A DNA stretch of 64,000 nucleotides from Myxococcota bacterium. Lineage in GTDB: Bacteria; Myxococcota_A; SURF-8; G963663525. Where the stretch lies: assembly GCA_963676915.2 (NCBI GenBank), contig CAXXVK010000068.1:87210-151209 (forward strand), read 5' to 3'. Position numbers and translations under genes: made by a program. This document shows, in pieces, positions 42,547 through 52,831 of the stretch (within the stretch, counting starts at the first letter, position 1; each line of letters starts with the position of its first letter). The notes below the pieces were generated by a model. It did no database searches. It was not told where the DNA came from and worked only from the letters and a program-made list of their open reading frames with translations.

Positions 42547-43395
42547 TCATTGAATTTGCAAAAACGTGGAAGTATCCGTCATTTCTCGTCTGAAAATCGA
42601 CGGAGGGAGAATTTCATGCTTGCGGAAGGTAGCGAGCACCCGCTCGGTAACGTCCGACTCGAAAGCTTTCTCGTACACAACATCGAGCACGTAGGCTTTG
42701 GCCCGCAATCGAACCGCGATGAGATTCTCCTGGAAGACTTGACTTACCAACACTTTCCAAGGCTTTTCCTGGTAGACGTACCGTGAGCTGGTCAGACAGT
42801 TCCCCACCAGTCGTTTGGCCATTTCCACATCCTGGTCCTGCCCGATATAAAAATCCATCTGAACCAGCATGTCCAGCGCTCCCCAGTTACCTGAACTGAC
42901 GACATCCGTAAGAAACTTGTTGTTGGGAATCGTAATGACGTTGTCATCGAGTGTCGTCATGCGAACCGAGCGCAATCCGATGGCTTTGATCTCTCCGTAA
43001 CTTCCTGCGAAGGTGACGCGGTCGCCGACCTGAAAAGGCCGGTCCACAATAATGATGATGCCTGCAAGCACCGATGCTGCAAGATCTTTGAGAGCAAAGC
43101 CGATAGTCACGGCAGCGGTACCGGTGAGGGCCAGTATGACTTCTTTGGACAGGGTCAACGAAGACGTGATCGCCAGGACAATGCCAATGATGTAGATGGC
43201 AAAGCGTACCAATGTGGCAACCTGATTGATGACCAGACGTTTGTCGGCGAAACGATCGGCCAACCCGGACAGCGCCGAGCCGACGAGACGTCCGGTCAAC
43301 CATGTCAGGAATAGGATGATGACGCCGGTAAGCAATCCACCAAAGCGTATCAACTCGATAATATTCAGGTTTCCTCCAGCTGTATCGGGCGGCAT
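42547..43395 (-). CDS. mscS: Small-conductance mechanosensitive channel (MscS family)
   Basis: Three TM segments, IGFALKD, RPFQVGDRV and IGLRSVRMTTLDDNVITIPN. Confidence 0.9.
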   Translation of the reverse strand: MPPDTAGGNLNIIELIRFGGLLTGVIILFLTWLTGRLVGSALSGLADRFADKRLVINQVATLVRFAIYIIGIVLAITSSLTLSKEVILALTGTAAVTIGFALKDLAASVLAGIIIIVDRPFQVGDRVTFAGSYGEIKAIGLRSVRMTTLDDNVITIPNNKFLTDVVSSGNWGALDMLVQMDFYIGQDQDVEMAKRLVGNCLTSSRYVYQEKPWKVLVSQVFQENLIAVRLRAKAYVLDVVYEKAFESDVTERVLATFRKHEILPPSIFRREMTDTSTFLQIQ

Positions 43396-43410
43396 ACGAT
43401 GGCTCCTTTC

Positions 43411-46400
43411 TCAGCTGCGGATCAGATTTTTTCGGCGCAAATACCGATAGACCAACGGTGACCATTCGACGGTGACACCGTAGTCATGATCGCGAAATTC
43501 CAGCACACCCGACTCACGAAGTTTTCCAAGAGAGTCGCGACAGGCATAAAGCGGAAAACGTAACGATTCGGCGGCCTCTTCGGCGCTGATATGTTGATGC
43601 CAGAACACGCAGGCTAGCACGAATTTGTCGGTTTCGTCGCGTTCTTCAAGGACGGACATGTCGGGTTGGGAAAATAGCTGGATATCCATCGTTCGATTGC
43701 CTGCCGGAACCAGTGATTTTTTCCAATAGTGGATCACGGCCTGCGGCGCTCCCAGTGTGAAATCCCAGATCAATCGATTGAAATCTGCAGAAATTTCCGC
43801 GACTTGTGATTCGGTATACACCATGTGTCTGCCGGGGATCAGGTTGTCGTATCGAGGACGCCAGCCTGCGGCATCCATGCGCTTCGCCAGTAGTTCGCTT
43901 ACGAGTTTTTCATCCCAGCCACGCAAAATCACACTGTCACGGAAAGCGTCATTGTCGTTACGTACCCAGGCGAGAAACTGATAGGCGTTTTGTGCGAAAG
44001 CCCCGAGCCAGAACAGGTGCCCGGACGTAGCCTCCATCAATCGGTTGAAAGCCCACCAGCCACGTATGGAATCCACGCCTCGCATAAACAGGTACTGCAT
44101 GTTGTCCAGGACGATCAGACGACGTTCCCCCGCACGGATTCTCCGAGCCAGTTCCTCAATATTTTCGGGAAGTTCCTCGCCGGGAAGCAGTTCTTGCGAA
44201 AAAGCTTCCAGCACGTTTTCCGGTGTAATCAGCCTCTTTTTCAATGTGATGAAAAGCGAGGGAAAATCACCGACTCGCTTCACGCCTTCACGGAGCCATG
44301 TGGATTTGCCGTGTCCGGCCTTGCCGAGAACGAGAAAAGATCCCGTACGATCGCCCTTCTTCCATTTCTCGAACTGTGAGAGGAACGCGTCCATCTTGGG
44401 AAAATGGTCCAATAGCAGCGATTCAGGGATGTCGATACCTTCTCCAAAGACGTCTTCGATCTCAGAAGGCAGGGTGACGGCAATGAGTTCGCGGGTCTTT
44501 TCTTTTTGTTGTTCGAGCTTTTTCCTGAAAATATACGCCAAAACCTTCTGCGACAGATCGAAGCCTTGCATCAGGCGACGCAGCGAACCAACAATCCCGA
44601 CACCGACAAGATAGAAAAATCCGACATATACGAGCAAAAGGGAATACCAGCGACCGGACGAGCGCTCCAGTTCGCGTGCAATACCGGAGTTGGGACGCAG
44701 GGCTACGATGTCGGAGGATATCTTCTTGCGCCACCAGAAAATCATTCCCGTCGTGATGGTGAACACACCGATAATGGTCACTCGAACCGCCAGATGATAC
44801 AGGTACCCCTTTCCTAGAACGTAGGCGGCGATCATCAACAGGGCCATCATCCAGAAAATGAAGCGCGTGGCGATAAGCACGGTGCGCATCAGTTTTTCAC
44901 GGCGCCGGGTGTCCAGAGGTCCGGTGTTGCTGCGGATCAGATCGAGAAGCAGGTTGAAGGTCGCCGCTTGGATCAGTCGGTAAAAACCGTAGATCAGCAT
45001 CAGTCGATAAATCAACGTGATGGCGGATTGCTCGGCCGAAACGTTGGCAAACAGCGGCAAGGAAAAGACGAAAGCAAGAAACAGGAGTTCTCGGTAAAGA
45101 GCGCGGGCAATTCCTGAAAGGGTTCGTTTGATTCCATCGACCAGACCGAGATAGCGTATGCCGATGCTTCGGCTTCGATCCCGTTCGAAATAACGTTTCA
45201 GGACTTTGCGTAGCGTGAAATAGATTAAAATAAACAGCAACAATCCAAAGATCGGCAGGGCAATGGATAGAAACTGATAGGGATCTTTCAGTTGTTGCAG
45301 TTTTTCGTACGCCAGGCGTTCTCCTGCGTATTCCATCCAACGCAACACCAGACTGAAATGCACAAGTTCGCGACCGAACTGGGCGACGCCTTCAGGACCG
45401 AAACCAAGCAATTCCCCACGTTTGAAGGGAGAAATACGTTCAAGAAGAATCAAGCGTTGCAGGTTGAGAGCCTGCTCGAAATCCACCGTAGAGCGAACAC
45501 GTTCCCAAGCGATTTCACGCATTTCCTGGTCCGAGTCGTTGGCTTCCGTTTCCAGTTTCATCGCATCGGCGATGAGATCCGCCTTTTCTTGCACCTGTTC
45601 CGGTGTGAAAACCTGCAATTCCGAGGGGTTGCCTTGAAAACGTGGCGCTTTCGGCAATTGTCCCGGAGCGCTGAGTTCGTCTTCGATACGGTTGCGGGCA
45701 AGCGTCAGGCGCTCCACGATGCTGTCGTACAAGTTGTCGGCTTCGGGGGAATGCAAACGAGCCGCACCCACAAGAGCGGTGGTTTCGGTCAACGATTGAG
45801 AGCGTTTTTCGTCCAGCGCGATCATTTCCTGGCGAGCGATGGCCAGACGCTTGCGATACTCGGCGAGTTCCCCTTTGGTTCCTTCCAATTTGGCGCGTTC
45901 AAGCGCCAGCGTACGTTCGGCGGCATTGGTGGCGGCTTCGGCACGTTCGAGCGCCAATTGCCGGGCTTCCTCGGCGATTCGTGCCTCTTCCTCGGCGCGC
46001 TTGCGGTCGGCTTCCTCTTTGGCCTTGAGTCGAGCCAGTCGCTCGGCTTCCTGTTCGGCCTCCAGAAGTACTTTGATTTCTTCGGGTTTGTGCGAAAGAA
46101 AAGCCTGTCTCAGATCAAGCAGGGTCAACTCGGCTTTTTCCAGGTCCAGCCGAGACGGAACGGGCGGTGGAGGAGGAGCCGACGGTTCTGTGGGTAGCGC
46201 TTCTTTCGTTTGAGTCGAGTCACTGGCAGGACCGGCAGGTAACTCCTTATTCTGATGGCTTTTTTCTTCGATTGCCTTCGCTTTGGCTTGTTCGATAAGG
46301 AAACGCACCACCCGCTTTTTCTCGGCGATGCGAGTACTAAGCTCCATGATTCGATGCGATACTGCTTCACCATCGTTCAAATCAATCGAAAAAAGCGCCG

Positions 46401-47220
46401 ATACTTTGAACATGGTGGAAGGCTGCAAACGAACGAAGTCTCGTAAGGCCGTTGTTTCAAGCTGTACCGTTTTCAGTCGTGCGGCTATCTGATCGGGCGT
46501 GAGAAGTTGAATCTCGGGGGGTGGCTCTGGTGGTGGTGCAGGCGGTGGGGGCGGTGTCACCGGTTTGGGTACCAGAACCTCTGGAGGAACTCCTTCACCG
46601 AGGCGCGAATGAAACCCGGGCATCCAACCTTGTCGTTTGTCGGAAGTTTCAACGCGATACCAGCCAAAGCGGTCTTTTTCATGCAGAATCAGAGGGATAT
46701 CCTTCGCGAGAGGCACCTTCGAAGCACTATAGGACGGCTTTTCGTACAAAGCGCTTTTTCGCAACGTGACGACCCAGTCGATGGGTTCCGGCTTCTTCGT
46801 CGGTGATTCGGAAACAACAGGTTTGTTTGCTGGAGTATTTGGGGTGGAAACACTTGGAGAAGTCGGTTTTTTTTCTTGAACCAAGGGCACGGCAGGTATG
46901 TTTGCCTGAGCTTCTTGCTTTGGCGACGCAGCGGGTTTCTGGGGTTCTTCCGGTTTGGGAGCCGGAGAGTCTGCCGATTCGTTCGGGGTGGCAGACTCCG
47001 TTGGTTTTGCTGCGGTTTCTTGTGATGTTGCAGGAGGTGACACCTGTGGTGGCGTGTCCGATTCGGGGGAGGAGGTTTGTATTGTCGGCTCATCTCCCGG
47101 TGTCGGCGCCATCGTGTCAGGCACCTGACTCCAGGAAAAAAGAGGCAACAAATACAGGAAAAGACCGACCCATACGGAAATCGGAAAGACAAGCAGGTTA
47201 CGCCTGAAATGTTCGATCAT
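43411..47220 (-). CDS. 1269-aa membrane protein: signal, Pro-rich linker, SH3b-like domain, coiled coil, ~6-7 TM, P-loop NTPase and a winged-helix-like tail
   Basis: GWYRVETSDKRQGWMP (SH3-like); EAERLARLKAKEEADRKRAEEEAR (coiled coil); hydrophobic block at ~44590-45270; Walker A GKAGHGKST; Walker B LIVLDN. Confidence 0.75.
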   Translation of the reverse strand: MIEHFRRNLLVFPISVWVGLFLYLLPLFSWSQVPDTMAPTPGDEPTIQTSSPESDTPPQVSPPATSQETAAKPTESATPNESADSPAPKPEEPQKPAASPKQEAQANIPAVPLVQEKKPTSPSVSTPNTPANKPVVSESPTKKPEPIDWVVTLRKSALYEKPSYSASKVPLAKDIPLILHEKDRFGWYRVETSDKRQGWMPGFHSRLGEGVPPEVLVPKPVTPPPPPAPPPEPPPEIQLLTPDQIAARLKTVQLETTALRDFVRLQPSTMFKVSALFSIDLNDGEAVSHRIMELSTRIAEKKRVVRFLIEQAKAKAIEEKSHQNKELPAGPASDSTQTKEALPTEPSAPPPPPVPSRLDLEKAELTLLDLRQAFLSHKPEEIKVLLEAEQEAERLARLKAKEEADRKRAEEEARIAEEARQLALERAEAATNAAERTLALERAKLEGTKGELAEYRKRLAIARQEMIALDEKRSQSLTETTALVGAARLHSPEADNLYDSIVERLTLARNRIEDELSAPGQLPKAPRFQGNPSELQVFTPEQVQEKADLIADAMKLETEANDSDQEMREIAWERVRSTVDFEQALNLQRLILLERISPFKRGELLGFGPEGVAQFGRELVHFSLVLRWMEYAGERLAYEKLQQLKDPYQFLSIALPIFGLLLFILIYFTLRKVLKRYFERDRSRSIGIRYLGLVDGIKRTLSGIARALYRELLFLAFVFSLPLFANVSAEQSAITLIYRLMLIYGFYRLIQAATFNLLLDLIRSNTGPLDTRRREKLMRTVLIATRFIFWMMALLMIAAYVLGKGYLYHLAVRVTIIGVFTITTGMIFWWRKKISSDIVALRPNSGIARELERSSGRWYSLLLVYVGFFYLVGVGIVGSLRRLMQGFDLSQKVLAYIFRKKLEQQKEKTRELIAVTLPSEIEDVFGEGIDIPESLLLDHFPKMDAFLSQFEKWKKGDRTGSFLVLGKAGHGKSTWLREGVKRVGDFPSLFITLKKRLITPENVLEAFSQELLPGEELPENIEELARRIRAGERRLIVLDNMQYLFMRGVDSIRGWWAFNRLMEATSGHLFWLGAFAQNAYQFLAWVRNDNDAFRDSVILRGWDEKLVSELLAKRMDAAGWRPRYDNLIPGRHMVYTESQVAEISADFNRLIWDFTLGAPQAVIHYWKKSLVPAGNRTMDIQLFSQPDMSVLEERDETDKFVLACVFWHQHISAEEAAESLRFPLYACRDSLGKLRESGVLEFRDHDYGVTVEWSPLVYRYLRRKNLIRS

Positions 47221-47272
47221 GGGCGAAGTACCCCCAATATGGATGCTGGATGCTTCCTATTCAATACTTGTC

Positions 47273-47301
47273 AGGCTACTCTATCCTGGATCTTGGGTCA
47301 A
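47273..47301 (-). promoter_or_regulatory. Putative sigma70 promoter of the NTPase-mscS operon
   Basis: Minus strand TTGACC-17 bp-TAGCCT. Confidence 0.5.
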
Positions 47302-47451
47302 TTGTTGAAATCCATTCTGTGTTGCTAAAAATTAAATATAAATATGATTTGTTTTGAGGTTTCAACAGGTTGCGGTTAAAGTATCTCTTTAAAATGATTT
47401 TTAAAAAGAAACTTTTAGGGAATTGGATGTCCAGCTTGAGTAGGAGGCCTT

Positions 47452-48513
47452 ATGGAATCTGTCAAAGCACTGATCCCCTATGCGGATAGCTTGCCCGTTC
47501 ATTGGGTGTGGTTTTACATCCTGTTGCAGATTACCTTTCTGTTGCACATTCTAACGATGAATTTCATGCTTGGCGGTAGCCTGATTACGTTTTTCGAACG
47601 ACTAAAGGGAGGTCATCCCCAAAAAGAGAGCAAGTTGACGCCCATTCTCATAGCCTTGGCGGTCAACCTGGGCGTTCCTCCGCTTCTGTTTGTCCAGGTT
47701 CTGTATGGACAGTTTTTTTACAGCAGCAGCGTGTTGATGGCGATCTACTGGATCAGCGTGATTCCCATTTTGATTCTGGCCTATTACAGTGCTTACATCG
47801 TGGCTTTCAAGGGAAAAGACAATCCGGGCCTGGCCAAGCTGTTCAACGGTATCAGCGCTCTTTTTCTACTGGTTATCGCCTTTTTCTTTGTCAATAACAT
47901 GACGCTCATGCTGAACCCGCAAAACTGGTCGGCGTATTTCGATCATCCGGACGGTAGCTTGCTCAATCTCTCGGACCCTGTCATTTATCCGCGATTTCTG
48001 CATTTCGTTATCGGATCGGTGGCTATCGCTTATCTCGGACGGGTGGTTTTTTACAAAGTTTTAGATGTGCGACCAAGTTCGGATCACTCCGAGATGATTT
48101 CGAAAAGCCTCAAGAGTTTCGCGCTGTTCACTATACTAAATATCGTGGTCGGAATCTGGTTCCTCATCGCACAGCCTAAAGAAATCATGATGCTCTTTAT
48201 GGGTGGCAATATCTTGTACACCCTTCTTCTCGTCGTGGGAATTCTTCTGACGCTGGCGCTTCTGCATTTTGCTTATAAAGGCAAATCGACGGCGGTACTC
48301 GGCGGAACCGTAGCGCTTTTGCTGTTGATGATTCTTCAACGCGATTTCGTGCGAAGCGCCACTCTGGGTCAATATTTTTCATTGGACGATCTGGAAGTCG
48401 TTAGCCAGTCCAGTCCGCTCATTGCATTTCTGATCGTGTTCATCCTCGGCCTGGGGCTTATCTTCATCATGCTCAAACAGGCTTTCGGTGTGAAAGGTGG
48501 TCAAGAATCATGA
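47452..48513 (+). CDS. Polytopic membrane protein, probable second subunit of the cytochrome bd-superfamily oxidase
   Basis: About 9 TM helices with His-containing segments HILTMNFMLGG and RFLHF; ATGA overlap with the next gene; AGGAGG RBS. Confidence 0.65.
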   Translation: MESVKALIPYADSLPVHWVWFYILLQITFLLHILTMNFMLGGSLITFFERLKGGHPQKESKLTPILIALAVNLGVPPLLFVQVLYGQFFYSSSVLMAIYWISVIPILILAYYSAYIVAFKGKDNPGLAKLFNGISALFLLVIAFFFVNNMTLMLNPQNWSAYFDHPDGSLLNLSDPVIYPRFLHFVIGSVAIAYLGRVVFYKVLDVRPSSDHSEMISKSLKSFALFTILNIVVGIWFLIAQPKEIMMLFMGGNILYTLLLVVGILLTLALLHFAYKGKSTAVLGGTVALLLLMILQRDFVRSATLGQYFSLDDLEVVSQSSPLIAFLIVFILGLGLIFIMLKQAFGVKGGQES

Positions 48514-51173
48514 ATTATCCATTCTGGACCATTCCATCTGTCGGCGGAGGTTTCCTGATTGCACTGATCGCCGTTCTTCATGTCTATATCGCGCATCTGG
48601 CTGTTGGCGGCGGACTGTTTTTAGTCTGGACCGAGCGCAAAGCCAGAAAAGAGAACGATAAGAATCTGCTGGCCTACGTGAAGAAGCACACACGCTTTTT
48701 TCTGCTGCTTACCATGGTTTTCGGTGGTATTTCCGGCGTAGGCATCTGGTTCATTATCGCGCTCGTTCAGCCCTCCGCAACGAGCGTATTGATTCATGCC
48801 TTTGTCTTCGGCTGGGCCATCGAATGGGTGTTCTTCATTCTCGAGATCACCGCGTTGCTTCTGTACTACTACCTGTTCGACAAAGCGGACGCCAAAACCC
48901 ATATGTTCTGGGGATGGATTTACTTTGCGGCGGCGTTTTTATCGCTGGTGATCATCAATGGTATTCTTGCCTTTATGTTGACTCCCGGCGGCTGGCTTGA
49001 AACGAAAGGGTTTTGGACGGGATTCTTCAACCCAAGCTATTTTCCCACGCTGTTCCTTCGTACGGCTATGGCGCTTGTCATTGCCGGTATCTTCGGGCTT
49101 GTCACCGCGATTTTCACTGGCGATTCCGACTTTCGCACCAGACTGTTTCGCTATCTTGGCCGCTGGTTGACACTACCGTTTCTGCTGTTTGTCCTTTGCG
49201 GGTATTGGACGCTTCAGGTCGTCCCGAAAGAAGCTTTGGACAACGTGCTGATTTACAATCCGCTGGCACGTCAGTTCGTTCATCCGCTGATCATCGCCTG
49301 CATCGTCATTTTCGGCTGTGGTATCTTTGTCTTGCTGAAACTTCCCAAGAGTCTGTATGTCGCGGCGGCGGCGGCGATGGTTGTCACCGGTCTGGTGTGG
49401 ATCGGCAGTTTCGAGTTCATTCGGGAAATAGCCCGAAAACCCTACGTGATTTACAATCATATGTATTCGACATCGATCCTCAAATCCGATGTCGCGAAAA
49501 TAGAAAAAGCCGGATTTCTCTCCTCTGCCAAGTGGGTGCAAAACAAGAACGTTTCCGACAAGAATGTCATGGAAGCGGGCCAGGAACTTTTCACCCACCA
49601 GTGCCTGATCTGTCATACGGTGGGTGGGTACAATGACATCATGCCCTTAACAAAGAAATACTCGGAATTCGCCATGCAGGCTCAGTTGACCGGGCAAGGG
49701 TTTGTCAGTACCTATATGCCGCCTTTTGTCGGAACCCCTGCCGAGCGTGAAGCACTGGCGCATTACGTGGTGGTCGGACTGCACGACAGAAAACCCGACA
49801 AGCCGGACAATTACAAGATTCCGAAGATCAAGATGGAGATCCCACCCTTCGACAAAGAGAAGGACGACTACATCCTGCTCGCGAAAAATGATCTAGGAAT
49901 GCATTGCATCACGGACGACGATTCGAACTTCGTCATCCTGCCGCCGGCCAACACCGTCCATGCTCAACTCATCAAGCGCGGTGAAATGCCCGAAATTGTT
50001 GGCGAAGGGTACCGCATCGAGTACGAAGCCGAGCCGGGACACAGGCACCCGGAGCAGGAGGTTGCCTTCTGGAAGTGGGCGCCCAAAATTTTCGGGGCGA
50101 ATCTGTCCGACGGAGTAGGACTTTTCGGATTCGGTGTCAAAGGAGAACTGAAACTTCATCAGGAACATGGAGTTTTTACCGCCGAAGCCATTCCGGTGAC
50201 GCCTTATCACAGCGACAAGAAAACCTACAATCCTTACCCGTATCTGAACCTGACGGCGAAAGACAAGGATGGCAATATTGTAGCCCAAACCAAAGTTGTT
50301 ACGCCTACTTCCACCGAAATGGGGTGTCGTCGTTGTCATGGTGGAGGTTGGGGTAAGGATCATATTCCCAGCGGAGTCGGCGCGGAAACGTCCCGAGACA
50401 TTCTGGCAGCTCACGATCGGTTGAGCGGTACCAATTTATTGGCGGAAGCCAAGGCGGGCAACCCTCGGCTCTGCCAGAGTTGCCATGAAGATCCGGCATT
50501 GGGAAGCAAGGGTGACGGCAAACGTCTGGCGATGTCGGCTTCGGTTCACGGCTGGCACGCCGCTTATATGCGCAATATGGGCGAGCAGGCTTGCAACACC
50601 TGCCATCCCAATCATGCGGACGGCATTACTCGCTGCCTGCGTGGTCGGCACAGGACGGATAGCGAATTGACCTGTGTGGATTGCCACGGCGTCATGCAGG
50701 ATCATGCGCTTGCGCTTTTGCAATTCGAAAAAGGCAAAGGGAAAACCCGTGCCGAATCGCTGATGAAAAACCTGAAGCCCCAGGCGGTGGAGAGTGTGGA
50801 TAAAATCAAGCCTCGCCAGAGTTGGTTGCAGGAACCGGACTGCCTGAGCTGTCATGTTGGATTTCAACCGCCGGAAGAGGCGAATTCCTTCAACAAGTGG
50901 GTGGCGTGCGGCAACGAATTGTTCCGCAATCGCACGGACCCCAGAGGTATTCGCTGCGCCATGTGCCACGGTGCGCCTCATGCCATCGTACCCGCTGCAA
51001 ACGCTTATAGTGAAAATCGGGACAATATTCAGTCCATGCAATACCAAGGGAACCCGAATACCATCGGAAACGGAAACGCTTGTTTCGTCTGTCACAAGAA
51101 GCTGATGCGTGTCAACGCTCACCACAAAGGGATGCTTAAAGCGGATCTGCTTCCCATGGAGGACGACAAATAA
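48510..51173 (+). CDS. Cytochrome bd subunit I-like protein fused to a monoheme and a multiheme cytochrome c (8 CxxCH)
   Basis: HVYIAHLAVGGG, WAIEWVFF and EFIREIARKPYVI (CydA-like); heme motifs CLICH, CRRCH, CQSCH, CNTCH, CVDCH, CLSCH, CAMCH and CFVCH. Confidence 0.82.
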   Translation: MNYPFWTIPSVGGGFLIALIAVLHVYIAHLAVGGGLFLVWTERKARKENDKNLLAYVKKHTRFFLLLTMVFGGISGVGIWFIIALVQPSATSVLIHAFVFGWAIEWVFFILEITALLLYYYLFDKADAKTHMFWGWIYFAAAFLSLVIINGILAFMLTPGGWLETKGFWTGFFNPSYFPTLFLRTAMALVIAGIFGLVTAIFTGDSDFRTRLFRYLGRWLTLPFLLFVLCGYWTLQVVPKEALDNVLIYNPLARQFVHPLIIACIVIFGCGIFVLLKLPKSLYVAAAAAMVVTGLVWIGSFEFIREIARKPYVIYNHMYSTSILKSDVAKIEKAGFLSSAKWVQNKNVSDKNVMEAGQELFTHQCLICHTVGGYNDIMPLTKKYSEFAMQAQLTGQGFVSTYMPPFVGTPAEREALAHYVVVGLHDRKPDKPDNYKIPKIKMEIPPFDKEKDDYILLAKNDLGMHCITDDDSNFVILPPANTVHAQLIKRGEMPEIVGEGYRIEYEAEPGHRHPEQEVAFWKWAPKIFGANLSDGVGLFGFGVKGELKLHQEHGVFTAEAIPVTPYHSDKKTYNPYPYLNLTAKDKDGNIVAQTKVVTPTSTEMGCRRCHGGGWGKDHIPSGVGAETSRDILAAHDRLSGTNLLAEAKAGNPRLCQSCHEDPALGSKGDGKRLAMSASVHGWHAAYMRNMGEQACNTCHPNHADGITRCLRGRHRTDSELTCVDCHGVMQDHALALLQFEKGKGKTRAESLMKNLKPQAVESVDKIKPRQSWLQEPDCLSCHVGFQPPEEANSFNKWVACGNELFRNRTDPRGIRCAMCHGAPHAIVPAANAYSENRDNIQSMQYQGNPNTIGNGNACFVCHKKLMRVNAHHKGMLKADLLPMEDDK

Positions 51174-51230
51174 CCCGGAAAATTCATGAAGCTTGAAAAC
51201 TCTTGATTCTTCACTCGTTCCGGCAATTTT
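51172..51230 (+). repeat. Degenerate direct repeat, left copy (partner at 52832-52900)
   Basis: AACCCGGAAAATTCATGAAG-CTTGAAAACTCTTGATTCTTCACTCGTT. Confidence 0.65.
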
Positions 51231-51267
51231 CATATTTTAATCAGTGATGTACCGATTAAATAACTGC

Positions 51268-52619
51268 CTAAATAAGTTTGACTAAAAGGGCGGCGAGAAA
51301 TCCTCCCAAGGTTGAAAGACCTACAACGGGTCCGCCTCCCTGTTCGAAAGCTTCGGGCAACATGGTTTCGGCGCGATCATGGTAAGCATTGCACCTCCGG
51401 CCAATCCCTCGATGCCGACTAAAAAATAATGCATCCACTGGTCCGGATGGGGCGGGAAAATCGCCGCTCCGATAAGTGCTCCAATTCCCGTCATAATGCA
51501 TAAAGATAGCCACATGAGCATGATTTTGGATGTTTTCATTCCACCGTTTTTCATGGCGACGGCGCTACTCATGGCTTCTGGGAGATTGGCGAGAAAAACG
51601 CCGACGATGAAGGCAATGGACATCCCCGAGCCTTCCGAGAAGGCCGTAACCACCAACATTCCAATGACCAGTGATTCGGGAATGCCGTCTAGGGCGATAC
51701 CCAACCAGATGGCCATTGCGGCGCCTCCACCATGGCTTGCTGCTTCCTGTTGAATGTCCTTATCCGTGGTGGGAATAGGCATTCGCTCGAACGATGCCAT
51801 CGCTTGTTTTTCCCACTGCTTGGCTTCGTCGGGGTCTGTGTTCAGTTTGTTGGCAAGTTCCTGAATGCGCTGTCCCGCAATCTTCGAAATCGCGACGTCT
51901 AGGTCTGGCGATGTGTTGAGCAAACGCTTGGCATCGGAACGAAACAGTTCTAGGGTACGTACTTCTCCTTGTGCAATAGCGGTTGCCGTGCGGTTTTGGT
52001 CGCTGACAAGGGCGATTTCCCCAAACAGATCTCCCTTACCTAAAAGGGCAACGTCTTGCTCGGTACCATCAACAGTACGTGTAAGACGCACTTTTCCGGA
52101 AACGATGAAGTAGAGTCGGTCGCCACTTTCGCCTTCTTTGAACAGAACATGGTTGTTGGCATAATCTCCTTGGGTAAGGTGGGTCATCAACCCAACCACC
52201 TCCTCCGGTGGAAGAGGCTGTAAGAATTTGATTTTGCTGAGAGTTTTAAGCATCGAGCGGGCTTGTGCGGTTTTTTGTTTTCGGATGTATTTGCGGAGCA
52301 ATGATCCGTGGCGCATAAAAGCGCCTTTGCTGTTTAACAGGTGATTGAGTCCCTGAAACAACAAACCTCCTACTGCGGCCGCACTTACGACAATAACTAT
52401 CAGCAAATGGTCTTCGATATGACCGTGAGAACTAGCCTTATGCAAAGCATGTCCGAAAAGCTCGATACTCAAGGCAAACAGCAAAGCGCCACCACCGAAG
52501 GCCATTAAAGCCGAGTTTAATTTGCTCCCGATATGGGTGGTAAGTCCGATAACGGCACCCATGGGTAAAGAGACAGCGCTGATCAAACCCCACATCAAGC
52601 CCAATAGCAGGAGCTCCAT
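51268..52619 (-). CDS. ZIP (ZupT/GufA)-family metal transporter with an inserted cyclic-nucleotide-binding domain; frameshift near 51370
   Basis: ZIP N-half MAFGGGALLFALSIELF; cNMP domain LFKEGESGDRLYFIVSGKV...FGEIAL...RTATA; ZIP C-half LDGIPES and ANLPEAMSS; the alternative frame gives the true end ETMLPEAFEQGG...LLVKLI*. Confidence 0.85.
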
Positions 52620-52672
52620 TGCTTTTTCTCCTTTTACATAAAATCCCGATGCTTTCTCCTTTAAGTGTTTCC

Positions 52673-52701
52673 AGGCTAACCCATCTGGATCAACTTGTCC
52701 A
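52673..52701 (-). promoter_or_regulatory. Putative sigma70 promoter of the ZIP-cNMP gene
   Basis: Minus strand TGGACA-17 bp-TAGCCT, the same layout as 47273-47301. Confidence 0.45.
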
Positions 52702-52831
52702 CGTCACGTATCAATGGGACCAACGCAAGTGCCCGTATTTCAAGACTTCCTGTTCTTTGAAACAGAAAATGAAAGTAGCTGTTTGAGGAAATCCGATTGC
52801 GTTGGACTACGATGAAAAATGCTATCTAGCA

